Source of the DNA: Guillardia theta CCMP2712
Taxonomy: Eukaryota > Protista > Cryptophyta
NCBI RefSeq assembly: GCF_000315625.1
Contig: NW_005434624.1
Coordinates: forward strand, 514,477 to 578,476
DNA length: 64,000 nt
Reading direction: 5' to 3'
The notes below the pieces were generated by a model. The model saw only the letters and a list, made by a program, of their open reading frames with translations. It had not been told where the DNA came from and searched no databases. The translations under genes and the position numbers were made by a program. Below are positions 27,590 to 40,421 of this stretch, piece after piece (the stretch's first letter is position 1; the number at the start of each line of letters is the position of its first letter).

Positions 27590-28330
27590 AGTCTTGGCGG
27601 CTTGAAACCAACTGAGTAAGCCTCAGGCCACTACTAGTTAAAAAGTTAGGAAATGAACTTGGCGTGACGGCGGAACCAAGTTGTGACTCCCGGTAGAAGC
27701 CGCCGAAGTTACGACAGCAGCCGCTAGTCGCCTGGCAGGCTGGCACTTCCTAGTCCAGCCAGGCCATCGCCTCCGATCACTCTGTGCGGTCTCAGCGGCG
27801 CGGCACTGCAGCCTATACCGGGCGGCCAAGGGGCTGCCGCACGGTCGCCGACTCTGCGCGGGGCGCGAAAACTTCCGAAGTTCAAGCCTGCGCAGGCTTG
27901 CTTTCCTACGCTGCCGTACGGCGTTCGAGTCCGCGGCCGTCAGCGAGTCCGAGCGGCCGTGCCCGGCCGGGCGGCCGCGGCATCGGCCGGCGTGACGGCC
28001 GGAAGCCGCCTCGGACTCCGGAAGGAGTCACTGAGTTCAAGTCAACTTGACAGTCACGAGTGATGCGGGGGCCGCGTGCGCCGGGCCGCCCGGCCCCCGG
28101 GCGGGCGGAGCGGTGACGGTGCGCGGCGCCGGCCGCGGCCACAGTCACTGCCACTCAGCCGATTGCAGGCCGGGCAAGATCGGATTGAGCCCGGGCCCGG
28201 GGGCACGGCCCGGGGGAGACTACTGAATTGAACTGCACAGGCCTTTAAAAATAAACGACTAAAGTTGGCAAATCTTGAACTTCGGAAACTCAAAAGTGCG
28301 CCGGGTCAACCGGGCCCGCCCGTGTTCAAG
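27590..28330. other. GC-rich intergenic island containing a 14-bp perfect inverted repeat pair
   Basis: TTCCGAAGTTCAAG (27873-27886) and CTTGAACTTCGGAA (28274-28287). Confidence 0.55.
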
Positions 28331-29094
28331 TTTTTATAAATTTGTGGAGACATCAATTTCTGATTTCACTAAGAATCCTTCCGCTGCCCCTGGCCCTTTT
28401 CAGGTTAGTACCACCCTACCCTTCAATCGATGCACCTACCCGTACATTATGCCAACTTATTGTATCTTCTAGCACCCCATCACTCCACCCCCCACCCCCT
28501 TCTTTACCGACCCCCATGAAGGATTCTGGTTTTATCTCATTTCAAAACAACATCCCCTCCATTGGCACGGCGTCAGCCTCCGTCTGATTTCCTTTATGCC
28601 TCACGACAAAAATTCGAAAAGACACTTTTTCGATCTTTGACTGATGGGCTCCACGGACTTCTCATGGCGCATCAGCGGTCTTCGTTATCAAGAGACAACG
28701 TTTGGCTTGAGATAGAATCTGAAATATTGCTTTTTCATCACCGCCCTCGTTTCCGCGCACGGCGCCCTCACGCACCACCCCTTTACAAATATTTCAAGCT
28801 CTGATAGTACCGGTGTAATTGAAGACATAAGTACCGGTCATAAAGTCACACTACCCCTCTATACCTCCAGGCGTCTGATAAAATCCTTAAAACGCATCGC
28901 TTGCCCCCATGCCCCTGCAACGTTCCCGACAGCTCGCCCTTATAAAGTTGCAGCAGGGAATTTCCGACTACCTCCCGCTCCCGCTGTCTTCACCAGAACT
29001 CTGCAACCAGCCTGTTTAGTGGTCCTCCATTGTAGCCAACTGCAACAAGCCTGTACAACACCTACACAGCAACAGCACAAATCACCTTTGAGAC

Positions 29095-29658
29095 ATGGAA
29101 CCATCTGTGATTGTTTCCCCACGCGTTCGGGGCGCATCATCGTCATCAGCAGCCGATGTGAAGCTGGACCTTCAAACCCTTCAACCCCTCTTCAGCATGA
29201 AGCAAGAGGTCGCTGCGGAAAGACTGGGCATATGCCTGACAAGCTTAAAATCTGCCTGCCGAAAGCTCGGAATCCGGCGATGGCCTTACTCAAGGAAGGG
29301 ATCGATCCCCAAAAAGGCTCCGAACTACATCAGATCAGATCCTCCTCCTGCGGTGCCGGATTTGACTATCGGTACAAGTGCTCGCATGCCCATCCAAGAG
29401 GGCCCGTCGCATACAGTATCATGCCCGACTTTACACGACGCACCGAACAAAGTTGATCCGGAGCATACTCCGATCGTGCAACGGGATTACGAAATCTTTG
29501 TAAAAAAACCAAACTCCCCCACACATCAGACCGATTTCTTCGTGGGATGCTTTGCTGTCAAGCGCGAGAAAGAAGCAACCACTATTTGTAAGGAGTGGAT
29601 CGACTGGTATATCAACAGCGATGATAGCGATCCTGTATTCACTCACAAGAGCCTATGA
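29095..29658 (+). CDS. RWP-RK domain transcription factor, copy 5 (187 aa, intronless)
   Basis: LQPLFSMKQEVAAERLGICLTSLKSACRKLGIRRWPYSRK; C-terminal WIDWYINSDDSDPVF. Confidence 0.9.
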   Translation: MEPSVIVSPRVRGASSSSAADVKLDLQTLQPLFSMKQEVAAERLGICLTSLKSACRKLGIRRWPYSRKGSIPKKAPNYIRSDPPPAVPDLTIGTSARMPIQEGPSHTVSCPTLHDAPNKVDPEHTPIVQRDYEIFVKKPNSPTHQTDFFVGCFAVKREKEATTICKEWIDWYINSDDSDPVFTHKSL

Positions 29659-29733
29659 CAATTATTGGGAATTAATATCTTTCAAACTAATAAATCCAAG
29701 TTACATGTTACAAAATGGGTTGCATTGAAGACA

Positions 29734-30767
29734 TCATCGACTACCCAGTTCCCACACTTTAGGTCCGAGAACCTTGGCAGCCAGGTCCTTGTCCATTGGC
29801 ACTCCGACACCCCTGATATTCTATGGTCAAGCCAACAGTGCTAGACAACAAGAGTCATAGAGAGAGTAAGGGAGATGCAAAGGACAGATACAAGTCTGCG
29901 ATGACGACAAGATCGTTGTTCACCTGAAGAGACACCTCGCGTAATGGTATTGGCACACCTGTGCGCAAATCAGAAGATCATCTACTTGATTCCTTACACC
30001 CACATCGCATTTTAGTTCTTTCCATCCTTTCTTGTAGATCTCGACAGCCCGCGACGCATCCTTTGCAACACCATCGCCTTCCTGCAAAGCAATCAGGAAA
30101 AGGATCAAACATGGTGCCGCGAAAGGTTCAATCATGTTAAAAAAAAAAGGACAGTCATGGCTAGGATCAATACCACTGGCAAGCAACACACACCTCATAG
30201 ATCAATCCTAGATTACTTGTTGCCGCTTTGTGCCCATTCAGCGACGCTTTCATGTACATCTCTGCTGCCCTCTCCATATCCTTCTTGACACCTCGACCCC
30301 TTGCATAACAGACAGCAAGGTTGTACTGCCCCTCCGGCATCTTTAGTTGTGCAGCTCTGAGGAAGAGTTTTGCCGCCATCTCCTGATCCTGTTGTACTCC
30401 TTCCCCTTTGGCATAACAATACCCGAGCGCACAGATGGCCTTGTCGTGCCCTTGCTTCGCAGCTTCCTGATACCACAGCGCAGCGGAGGCAACGTCTACA
30501 TCCACCCCTCTGCCTTGCTCGTAGCACCTTCCAAGGTCATACTGCGCATCAGCATCGCCATCTGCTGCCCCCCTCCTCAGCCAAAAGATCCCTTCTTCCG
30601 AGTCTGACTGGACCCCATCCCCTCGCAGGAGGATCTGACCAACCTGGCCCCTCTTTTGACCCAACTCCTTCCTGAGAGCCTTGCTGTACTCCAGAGGAGC
30701 AGACCACGAGCCATTGCTTGCAAACGACATGTGAAAGGAGCCTGTCTTGCCGTCTCCTCTCGACCAT
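29734..30767 (-). CDS. Sel1-like repeat protein, multi-exon
   Basis: Repeated AQYDLGRCYEQGRGV / AICALGYCYAKGEGV / GQYNLAVCYARGRGV units. Confidence 0.88.
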
Positions 30768-31146
30768 GAACGGCTAGCAACACATCATCTTCCCGGACGT
30801 CGCCAACGACGCTTCCTTTCCGTTGGTTGCCCTGCTGCCTTACAAAACCATGCGATCTTTTGGGTACGTTTTGCTGCCCCCTTTATTTGCTAAAATAATC
30901 TCAGTGAGGCAGGCTTGATAATGTTGACACCAGGACACACAACTAACAATTTGAATGTCTCTAAAAGGGGTGGGGTGGAAATGAACTACCACCCTGTTGA
31001 ATAAAGGGGGTTAACAGTTGCTCTAGTATATGACCGGTACTTTTGCCTTCCAATAACAGTCAGACGCATGGGTGCTTTATAGCATGTTGCTAATGAACAG
31101 GGTACTGTTAGTCAGTATGGTAGGGTAGTGATTCTGACTCTTCAGC

Positions 31147-32860
31147 ATGGCCATGCGGGATGTACGCTGGGTCGTCACCGTGTTGGTGGCGATGGCAGCC
31201 GCAGCCATGGCGCAAGAAGCTGAGGGAGAAGGAGAGGAGGCAACAGCAGGAGGCTGCTCATTCACAGCTACCGTACCTTGGACCTGGAGCGCTCCTGTAG
31301 AAGTGGACCTCGCTCAAAGGATTCAGGCAAAGAGCGATAATCCTTTGGCACTGCATGCTATCTGTATGACAAGTGATAACTCGTTTGTTGTTCTAATGCG
31401 CTCATGCAGGTAAATGCCCGGCAGAAAAATCCGGGGATGTCTCAACGAACTGCGAATGCACTGGGCAGAACGAGGACGACTGTGATGCCTACTCACGAAT
31501 CATGGCCTACATATTTCTTTTCATGGAGAGATTTATGGGCGTTATCATTCACATCAACGACTACTCCCAGAAGTATCACATCGAGAATGTGAGTTGTGAT
31601 CCTACGTTCAATAGAAGGAAGGTGATTCTTTCTCCTCCAGGTCTTGTTCTGGACGATCCTGGGAACGATCTTCTTCTGGTTTGGGATCGGGGCAATCTTG
31701 TAAGATCTTGTGAGGGATGGCATGCGTTTGTTGAAGGATGCTCTCAGATACTCTGAGATCAAAGCCGTCATCATCGCGAGGGAGCGAGATGAACGTGACA
31801 GACTAGTACGTATCGCATTCAGAGGCAGGTCAAAAATGATCTCTCCTGTCAGGTTAGCAGGGAGTACCTGAAGAAGGATGAAATCAAGTGCGAGCAACTC
31901 GAAGCTCGTAAGCATTTCTTCTCCCAGCTATCACCCGTGCTCAACTGATGCGCAGGGGAGTTGGAGGCAACTCGTCCTCGACCCTACCTCACTATGACCG
32001 GCTTCGCGCTTTTCTGGATCGGACTTATGTGCCAGTTTACTCCATTCTGTGGGATCCTGGGGATGATCTTTCCAGGTCGAATGCAGGAGGCAGCAGTTAG
32101 CATGTGCTGATTCTGAGAGCAGGACTTGAGTTCTTCCAGGGGTTCTGCTTCCTATTCGTGGTTGTCGGCACTTTCACCCTCGCCCTTAGCGCATTCTTCC
32201 TTGTCGTCGGGCTGTGTTGGTCCTGCACTAGAGGATACGCAGCTCTTGTCTTCATTGTGCGGCACTTGTTCTCTGCTGAGGGGATGCAGGAGGCTGACTC
32301 GTGCTCAGGTCCTTGGCCTGCTGGGGGACTTGGTCATGTTTGCGGGGTTCTGGTTCATCGTGGGCTGGTGGATCCTGTCGGCTGCCGTCCTGTACATCTA
32401 CTTCTCGTGGGCTCCTGACAACTACAGCTCCCCCTACCTGCAGGTGGGGAAGGTGAGAAAAGGTGGCGGCAGGTCTGACAGGTCATGGCAGGACCTGGGC
32501 AACTTCTACAAGCCCAGCCACGACGTGAATGACTGGATGGATGTGATGTGCTACCGTTGGTTGCTGCGGGCGATGACGTGTTGGGGCAGGCGGCGAAGAG
32601 AGGGGGAGAATCGTTCCAGGCGGAGACAGTGGATCTCGTGAAGAACATCCCAGGAGGGAAGGAGGCTGTTGAAGCAGGAGACAAGGTTGGTCTCTGCCTC
32701 GGTGATGTTTGGACGCAAAGCTGATGTGAGATACTTCCAGATGTTCTCCTCCCTCTCGAGCTCCAAGGAGGAGACGAAGGAAACAGGTTGCGAGACGATG
32801 ACGTCTGACGAGGGGCGTGACTGTGTTGGCAGCGTCCGGCGCAATCTGAACAAAATGAGT
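31147..32860 (+). CDS. Signal-peptide-bearing multi-pass membrane protein of unknown function, multi-exon
   Basis: MAMRDVRWVVTVLVAMAAAAMAQE signal peptide; several hydrophobic exons at 31990-32410. 3' end uncertain. Confidence 0.5.
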
Positions 32861-33179
32861 TGAAAGCACGCGCTTGTTATTGGGAAGGAAACTTCTCATT
32901 GGGCGTGGAAATTATTTCTTGTGCGATAGTTATTCCCCTGGTTTTCTCTCGCCATGCCTATCCCTTTCATATCCCGATCTCTCTCTTTTAATCATGTACA
33001 TGTTTTTCCATGAAGAAGCAATCTCATTGCAGATGAATACCACATTAGATGTTCTTCATTCCCTTGTCAATTTAGAAAGACCTCAGCTGGGAGATTCCGA
33101 CTCCTTTGCAAAGGGGCTGAAACGAGACTGAGCGAGGCAGAGGAGCAACGAGGAAGGGGGAAGCGGGGAAGGAGCTCCA

Positions 33180-35790
33180 AGAGCTGGAGGAGGTAGTGGT
33201 GGAGGCGAGAGAGGGGAACGACCAAGACGAGGACGAGGACGAGGACGAGGAAGACGACAAGGTTCATTACCTTGGCAGCTTGCCGGAGGAAGGCTCTTGA
33301 CTGGACATGCTCCTCGGAGGTACATCAGACGGACTGCACCCACATGAGCACCTCGAACAGGTAAAGCGGAGACTCTCACCGCCTCCTCCCCTGAAAGTTG
33401 TTCATCCTGACGAGCAGCAAGAAAGGATTCATGTCACCAGAACATCGCTTTCCCACCTTTCTCCTCCTCCCTTGCCTCCCTCACTCCCTCAACCATCCTG
33501 TTCGCCTCCTTCCCTTCTCACCTCGCTGCGCTGTTGAGAGAGATCCTCTGGATGGTCGACTGCGAAGTCTTCTTGCTCGAGGTCTCCAGCATTTGCGGAG
33601 GAGAGGAGGAAGCAGCGTCGTCTTGCTCCATGGGGCTGGTGGGAAAGTAGGATGAGCCGGAAGCAGGAGTTCTGCTCCCTGACTTGGGACTGTTGTTGAC
33701 GATCAGATTGTTTGCTGCGATCTGAATGTTCATCCCTGCTCCTCCTCTCCCCACATCCTGAGACATGCGAGCGTCCTCCTCCTCCTCCGGGCCCCCATGG
33801 CCGTTGAGAGTGGCCACGTGCCATGCAAGGTGCGGCAGTAGCATGCCGGCGAAGACAGTCATGAATCCCCACAGCTGGAGGAGAGCGAGAGGAAGGATGC
33901 AAAGTCGAGTTAGCACGAGGGAGGAGGAGGGAGGAGGAGGGAGGAGGAGGGAGGAGGAGGGAGGAGGAGGGAGGAGGAGGAAATCCAAGAGGAGGCGATG
34001 AAGGGATGGAGGGGCAGCGAGGAGAAGAAAGGAATGAAGAAAAGCGGGGGAGATAGGGGTGCTGAGGGACGGAGGGAGACTGGGAGGGAGGTGAAAGGAG
34101 CTTCAGGTGCAGGGAGCAACTCTGCCCTGGATCACCTTGCTTGCGAGGGAGGAGGCGGCAGGGTCTTCTCTCTGACTCATTTCGGCGCAATGGTAGACGG
34201 AGAGAGCGAGGAGGAGGCATGCCGGCTGCAATGGCTTCACTCCCTCCTCACAGGCTCGTCCTCCTCCTCACCGACTCGCTCCAGACGACAAAGTTCTGCG
34301 ATCCCAAGATGCCAGACACCATGGAGCAGCTGCCGGCGAGCAGAGCAAAGGAGCCCTTCCTGCCCGCTGCTCAGCCCTTCCACCTTGCTCCTTCCTCTGA
34401 CCTCAACATCTTGATGCCCAGAGACACGGCCAGGGAGACGAGGAGGATGGGAGGGAGGAGGATCGCCTGCAAGCGCGGTTGAGTGGAGGAGAGAGGGAGG
34501 ATGGAAGTGAAGGACAACAGGGGAGCAGGGAGACAGGAGGAGCGAGGTAGAAGGAGGAAGGAAACTTGCCGTGCTCGGAGGGAAAGGATGCAGCTTGTAG
34601 TAGACGAGACCGGCAGACCTGGCCAGACGCTTCTCAGCGTCTTTGCCCCCGTCCTAAGCTACGTGAACCTCCAGGTGGAGTCGAGGATGGTGGAAGCGCC
34701 GAACGCCACGTGCCTGGAAGGCAAGTAAGGAGGAGGGAGGAAGGAGGGGGCAGCACCAGAAGATGGAGTAGACGCTGAGACCTCCAATAAGCATGGCGGC
34801 TGACTGCAGGATCCACTGGGAGCAGCATGGGAAAGAGTGAGGGAGCCTACAGCCAAGGGGAACGAACTCACAGACGCTGCGAACATCCGCAAGCCCTGGG
34901 CCTCAGCCACTGAAGCGACTGAGGATGCTAGCATGGAGCAGACCTGCAGCAGAGAGATTAGGGTGAAGGAGACTATGAGAAAGCGGAGACTATGATGAGG
35001 ACGAAGACAAATGGGTGGAGGACAAGGAGAAAGTGAAATGAGGTCGAAGAGAGGGAGGGAGGAGGTTCAGGGAAGGAGGAAGAGCGCATGTTGAGCCACA
35101 CCAGAGGGGAGATGAAGAAACGAGGGAGTGAGAGTAGAGAGAAGAGCGGGTATCCCAGAACATGCAGCCGGTTGCCCATCTGAAGGAAAGGGGAGTCAGG
35201 AGAGGACAGAAGCCCCAGGGTCGATAGCAGCCCACCACTTGGCCGAACGCCAGGATGAGGCAGTTGTACGCCAGCCCTGCGACAACTCTGCGTTAGGAAC
35301 AAGACGGGAACAATGATGGGCTGAGAGATTGTAAACTTCCAACATGACAGGAGCAAATCACGAGGCTCTGGGAGCCCAGCAGCCCCCAAGGAAAAGATTG
35401 CAGCATGCAACCTTTGAAGACTAGCTTCAGGCGCCAGTCAGCACTCCTGGTGGCGAAGTAGTAGGAGATGGCGAGGATAGAGCCGAAGTGGACGGCAGCG
35501 ATGCTCAATCCCTGTCCCTCGTCCTCCTTGGATCGAATGAGCAACTGAAGTTGATGGTCAGGGAAATGCATAGTCGCTGCACCTGCACAAGATGGAACAG
35601 CTCGCACCTTCCTCGCATGTTCCCTCGTTGAGCCTCCCCGTATGCTCATGCGCAGTGATGGCACTCTCCCCCCGCTCAACAGCTTCGAGCAGAGCCCGAT
35701 CCTTCCGGGTCCGCTCACATGCAGATCGACGAGGCAACAGCACAGGCTCAAAATCCTCGCCGCCATGAGTGAGAAAAGGAGAGTTTTCAT
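33180..35790 (-). CDS. Hypothetical membrane protein, multi-exon, boundaries uncertain
   Basis: Hydrophobic N-terminus MKTLLFSLMAARILSLCCC; TM-like segments (IAAVHFGSILAISYYF; LWGFMTVFAGMLLPHLAW); introns pyrimidine-rich on the minus strand. Confidence 0.35.
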
Positions 35791-36315
35791 GGGGGAGTGG
35801 AGATGGCAGAGGTTGTCAGCTCTTCATCATCTTAACCGCACTGAATATTGCATCTTTCTCTGACGTGACAAGCTGAGACAAAACTCATTGAGGTATGACA
35901 GGTAATTTCATATTGAGCTCCCCTCAGTTCTCCCCCCACACACAGAATGCTACTGTCTTCCAAGTTCCAACCCCGCCAGCCAAACTTGAGCTGAGAACTT
36001 CTAGTCAGCAAGAGTGATGGTATAGCAGAAGCTCTTAAAATTCAAGAAGCATCCACACGAATTGTTTCAACACAAGCATTCGCACAACTAGAGCTCCACA
36101 AGGATATGCTCCTGTTTCAGACTTGAGAGCTGCTGCCCACCATCTCCAGGTCTATGATTCTCTCACCTCCTCTTCTCTTACTCGCTCCCACTTATTATAA
36201 ACTCACTTGCGAGCTCGGGCCCTTTCACTTCCCCTTCCCCTTGTCTGTCCCCTCTCCTTCTCCCACGCCCTGTCAGTCTGGTACTATGTCGCTCTCCCCC
36301 CCTTACCCTCCCTCC

Positions 36316-36318
<3 letters not shown>

Positions 36319-36357
<39 letters not shown>
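36319..36357. repeat. (CT)n microsatellite
   Basis: Direct reading. Confidence 0.9.
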
Positions 36358-36359
<2 letters not shown>

Positions 36360-36489
36360 TCCTCCTCCTCCCCCCCCCCGCCCCCCCTCCTTTCTCTCTA
36401 TCTCCCTCTCTTTCTCTCTCCTTCTCTCTCCCTCTCTCTTCCTTTCTCTTCTCGTCGGCCCCTCCCTCGCTCCTGTGACCTAACTCAGC

Positions 36490-36795
36490 ATTCCAGAGCT
36501 AGGCAATTTCATTTTTTCGAATTCGATTTTTTCCCCGCCACCGGGTCGGGGCCCGTCGGCCGCGGGGCCGGTCACAGGCTGGGCCCGGCCCGGCCCGGCT
36601 CCGACACTGGCAAGCTGCCGCCGGGCGGCCATTGGGTAGCGGCCTGGAGTACGGTCCGGCTCGCCGTCACGGTTCACTTTGTTCTCTTCTCGCCGTTTGG
36701 CTTGGCACGGCGGCGACAGTCACGGTGATGGCTGCCTGGTCAAGCCGCTCCTGATTGTCCTCGTACTGATTTTTAAGGCTTAACTTTGAGTAAAG
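36490..36795. other. GC-rich intergenic island ending in a near-full dispersed-element copy (36737-36794, plus)
   Basis: TGGTCAAGCCGCTCCTGATTGTCCTCGTACTGATTTTTAAGGCTTAACTTTGAGTAAA. Confidence 0.75.
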
Positions 36796-37588
36796 ATCAA
36801 TCTTGCCGTTTGTGCCCCCCGGGGTTCTGAGGTAGGGGTGGAAAGCAGTGATAGAGGGGGTGCTGTTGAGTTCGGTAGGATAACAGAGGAAGAGCAGAGG
36901 AAACTCTGCGGCAAAGGGACTCAGGGCAAGGGCAGGGAGGGGAGCGGACAGGGAGAGGAGAGAAGCTTACGAGCAGCGACGTACAATGAAAGGCAAGAGC
37001 ATGAGAGAGATAGAAGAGGCTGCATATGAGGTAAGAGAGCGTGAAAGCGAGGAGAGTGAAGAGAAGGTTGACTTTCCTGTTCCCGTGTTCTCTTGCTCCT
37101 CTCCTCCTCTCTCCCACCTCCTCTGTCTCTCTGTCTCCCTGTCCCTCTGTCTCTCTGTCTCCCTGTCTCTCTGTCTCTCTGTCTCTCTGCCTCTCTGCCT
37201 CTCTGTCTCTGTCTCTCCTTATCCTTCTTCTCATGTAATCCCTCCCCTCCTCCGTTCCCCTCGGCGTTTTCAGCTTCCACACCTCTTTGCAACTCCCCAC
37301 AGCTCCACTTTGCTGCAAGTGGTCATGTATGCTGTGCAGTCTCCTTTAAGAAGAGACGTAGAGGAGATTTGATCCGACGTAGAAGAGAGACAAGGATGCG
37401 ATAAGAGGGAGAACGAGGTAAGTCTGCGAGGCCTCGCTGCTGATCCCTGCTACAGGTCCCAGGCTCTCTGCAAAGTCATCCCAACGGACTTCGAGCTCAA
37501 GGACGGGGGGCGGTAGACGGTCGGGTTGAGAGGAGAGCTCGAAGGGAAGAGGTCCTGGTGCTAGAGCTGGGGGGAATACGGGAGGAGG

Positions 37589-39948
37589 ATGAATCAGAAT
37601 CAGATCTCGAATGACGAGCTGAAGGAGAGGGAGGAGGATGCAAGGATAAGGAAGGGGCTGATAAAAGCAATCAACAGAGGAGATGAGGTCAAAGTGAGAG
37701 GACTGGCCGTGAGTGCAGGACCAGAGCGACTGAAGCAGATGCATAGCGTAGGCGTGGCTCAAGGCACCACGATAGTCAGCGGGTGTAGGGACAAAACATT
37801 GAGGGTGTGGGACCTGGAGGAGATGAAGGAGAAGGCTTGTCTCCAAGGTCACATATGGGACGTAACCAGCGTGGCGATCAGCAGAGATGGGAAGACGGCA
37901 GTCAGCGCGAGTTGGGACAACACTTTGATTGTGTGGGACCTGGAGAAGATGAACGAGAAGGCTTGTCTCCAAGGTCACGAATCGTGGGTAAACAGTGTGG
38001 CGATCAGCGAGGACGGGAGGACGGCAGTCAGCGCGAGTAACGACTCGTCAGTGATTGTGTGGGACCTGGAAGAGATGAAGGAGAAGGCTTGTCTCTATGA
38101 CGTTGAATGTGGCTGTGTGCTGAGCGTGGCGATCAGCGAGGACGGGAAGACGGCAGTCAGTGCGTGTACTGATGAGATTTTGAGGGTGTGGGACCTGGAG
38201 GAGATGAAGGAGAAGGCTTATCTCCAAGGTGATGAATGGGAAACGCGAAGCGTGGTGATCAGCAGAGATGGGAAGACGGCAGTCAGCGGGGGCGCAAACA
38301 AGAAACTGATTGTGTGGGACCTGGAGGAGATGAAGGAGAAGGCTTATCTCCAAGGTCACGAATCATGTGTAAACAGCGTGGCGATCAGCGAGGACGGGAA
38401 GACTGCAGTCAGCGGGAGCGGGGACAAGACAGTGAGGGTGTGGGACCTGGAGGAGATGAAGGAGAAGGCTTGTTTCCAAGGTCAAAGTAGCGCTGTTACG
38501 AGTGTGTCTTGGAGATCTGTCAAGGGGTCGATGGGCTCAGCACTGCACGTGGCAGCGGCGCGAGGGGTCTGGCCTATCTGTGAGAGGCTGCTGGAAGTAG
38601 GCGGGGGAGAGCTCGGCGAGCTGCGAGACTCGATGGGACGAACAGCGGCGAAGGTAGCGCGAGAGAGACAGGACGAGGAGCTGGCGAGCAAGATAGAGGA
38701 CTGGATGCGGCGGCTATGGAGTGGGGAGCTTTTGATAGAGGCACTGCAAGACAAAGTCAAGGCAAAGCACGAGGCAATGGAGAGAGAGGAGAGGGAACTG
38801 AAGGAGCACAAGCAGAAGCAGCAGACGGAGCGAGAAGGGAAGGAAAGGCAGGAGAGAGAGTCCGAGCAATGCAAGCAGCATGAAGTGTTTTTTGAGGTTC
38901 TGTTTGTGATCGTATGAGATTCGATGTGACAGGTGGATTTTTCTGTCTGCAGGTAGGAAGCACTCGATCGGTTGCCTACAACAGCTTCGTCGTCAGCCGT
39001 CAGATTGGCTCAAGCTCCTTCAAGCTCGTCTACAAGGCTCGATGGCAGCAGCTGCAGGGCAGCAGCGCAGACGTGGCCATCCTGCGACTCCGAGGCAGCG
39101 GACTCACCGAGAAGAGGGACGAGCTCGAGCAGAAGGCGAAGACCTTCCAGCAGCTAGGCCGTCACCCAAACCTCCTCCGCCTCCTCGCCATCACCGTCGA
39201 GCCAAGCTCTGGCGACTTCTGCCTGGTGACTGAGTTGGCTTCCAAGGGTTCTCTTGATGAGATCTTGTACAAATTTGCCGTGGAGGAGGAGACGTTGGGT
39301 CTACTGGTGCAGCTGCAGGTGGTGAGACAGATCTGTGACGGGATGGTGCAGCTCTCGTTGCACGAGGTCGTACACCGGGGCCTGGGCGCGAGGAACGTGC
39401 TGGTCTTCAGTCTGGATGCGCAGGACCACCTTGGTGTCAGTGTCAAGATAGCGGACTACGCAGGATGGACTGCTCAGCCGATGCGATGGATGGCGCCAGA
39501 GAGCATCGAGAGAAGACAGTTCTCCCAGAAGAGCGACGTGTGGGCTTTCGGGCTGACCATGTGGGAGGTCTGGACTTACGGCCAAATCCCTTATGGGTCA
39601 ACTATCACAGACGATGCGCTTGTAGGGTCGAAGGTGGTAGACGGAGAGCGACCTGCAGCACCTGCGTCATGCCCTGCAGTAGTGTATACAATCATGCAGG
39701 AGTGCTGGAAGAAGGAGGAGGAGGAGCGGCCAAGCTTCAGCGAATTACAGCGAAAGCTCCAGGAGCGATACGACGAGGCCGTGCAAGGGCGCGGGCAGCA
39801 ATGCGTCATCTGCATGGATCACAGCGCTGAATGGGCGCTGATCCCCTGCGGTCACAAGTGTCTCTGCGAGTCTTGCAAGGAAGGAGCGACAGCCAGGAAG
39901 TGTCCGATGTGTCGCTCGAGCCCCACGAGCATCTACAAGATTTACTGA
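37589..39948 (+). CDS. Ankyrin / WD40-repeat / ankyrin / coiled-coil / tyrosine-kinase-like pseudokinase / RING protein (~767 aa; exons 37589-38896 and 38953-39948)
   Basis: Six VWDLEEMKEKA-type WD40 units; SALHVAAARG and MGRTAAKVA ankyrin motifs; kinase fold with PMRWMAPES and SDVWAFG; C3HC4 RING CVICMD...PCGHKCLCESC...CPMCR. A phase-0 GT-AG intron at 38897-38952 joins the two ORFs. Confidence 0.85.
37765..38510 (+). repeat. Tandem 126-bp coding repeats (WD40 units)
   Basis: TGGGACCTGGA at 37808, 37934, 38060, 38189, 38315 and 38441 (spacing 126,126,129,126,126). Confidence 0.92.
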
Positions 39949-40421
39949 CACAGTCAGCGGACTGGCTGATGCCGTAACGTACCCGGAGCCTGAGCCCCGG
40001 CTGTAAAGCTAGCTCTTCTCCCGCCAGGCCCGTCTCTCGTTACACATCATGGCATGCACCGCCGCATGTAGGAGTAGGGAACTGCACTGTACTGCTTGCT
40101 CGGAGCAGTGCGCTCCTGTACGGTACTGTTCTGTACTGACATGAATACACGGAGATGACATTACTGTTAAACATCATCACGGTTGGTCTTCGAGTTGTCT
40201 TGCAGGCTCCCCTCCTCTCTCCCATCCCCTCTGTCTCTCTATCTCTCAAGTAAGCTCTGTGTCTTAAGTATGGAACTCAAGTATGATTGCCTGCTACTAC
40301 TCGTTCACTGCTTTTCATCCCTTGTCCTATATCTACCTCAAACCCTCCCTTGCTTCCACCACTTCCTTTTATGCCATGTACAGGAAAGGGTCGCTGGCAA
40401 ACTTGTTAATCATCGACGGAG

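Noticed and set aside
37765-38510. Conserved blocks alternating with variable blocks, resembling a CRISPR array
   Set aside because: Units are in-frame 126-bp WD40 coding repeats in a eukaryotic gene; no cas genes are present.
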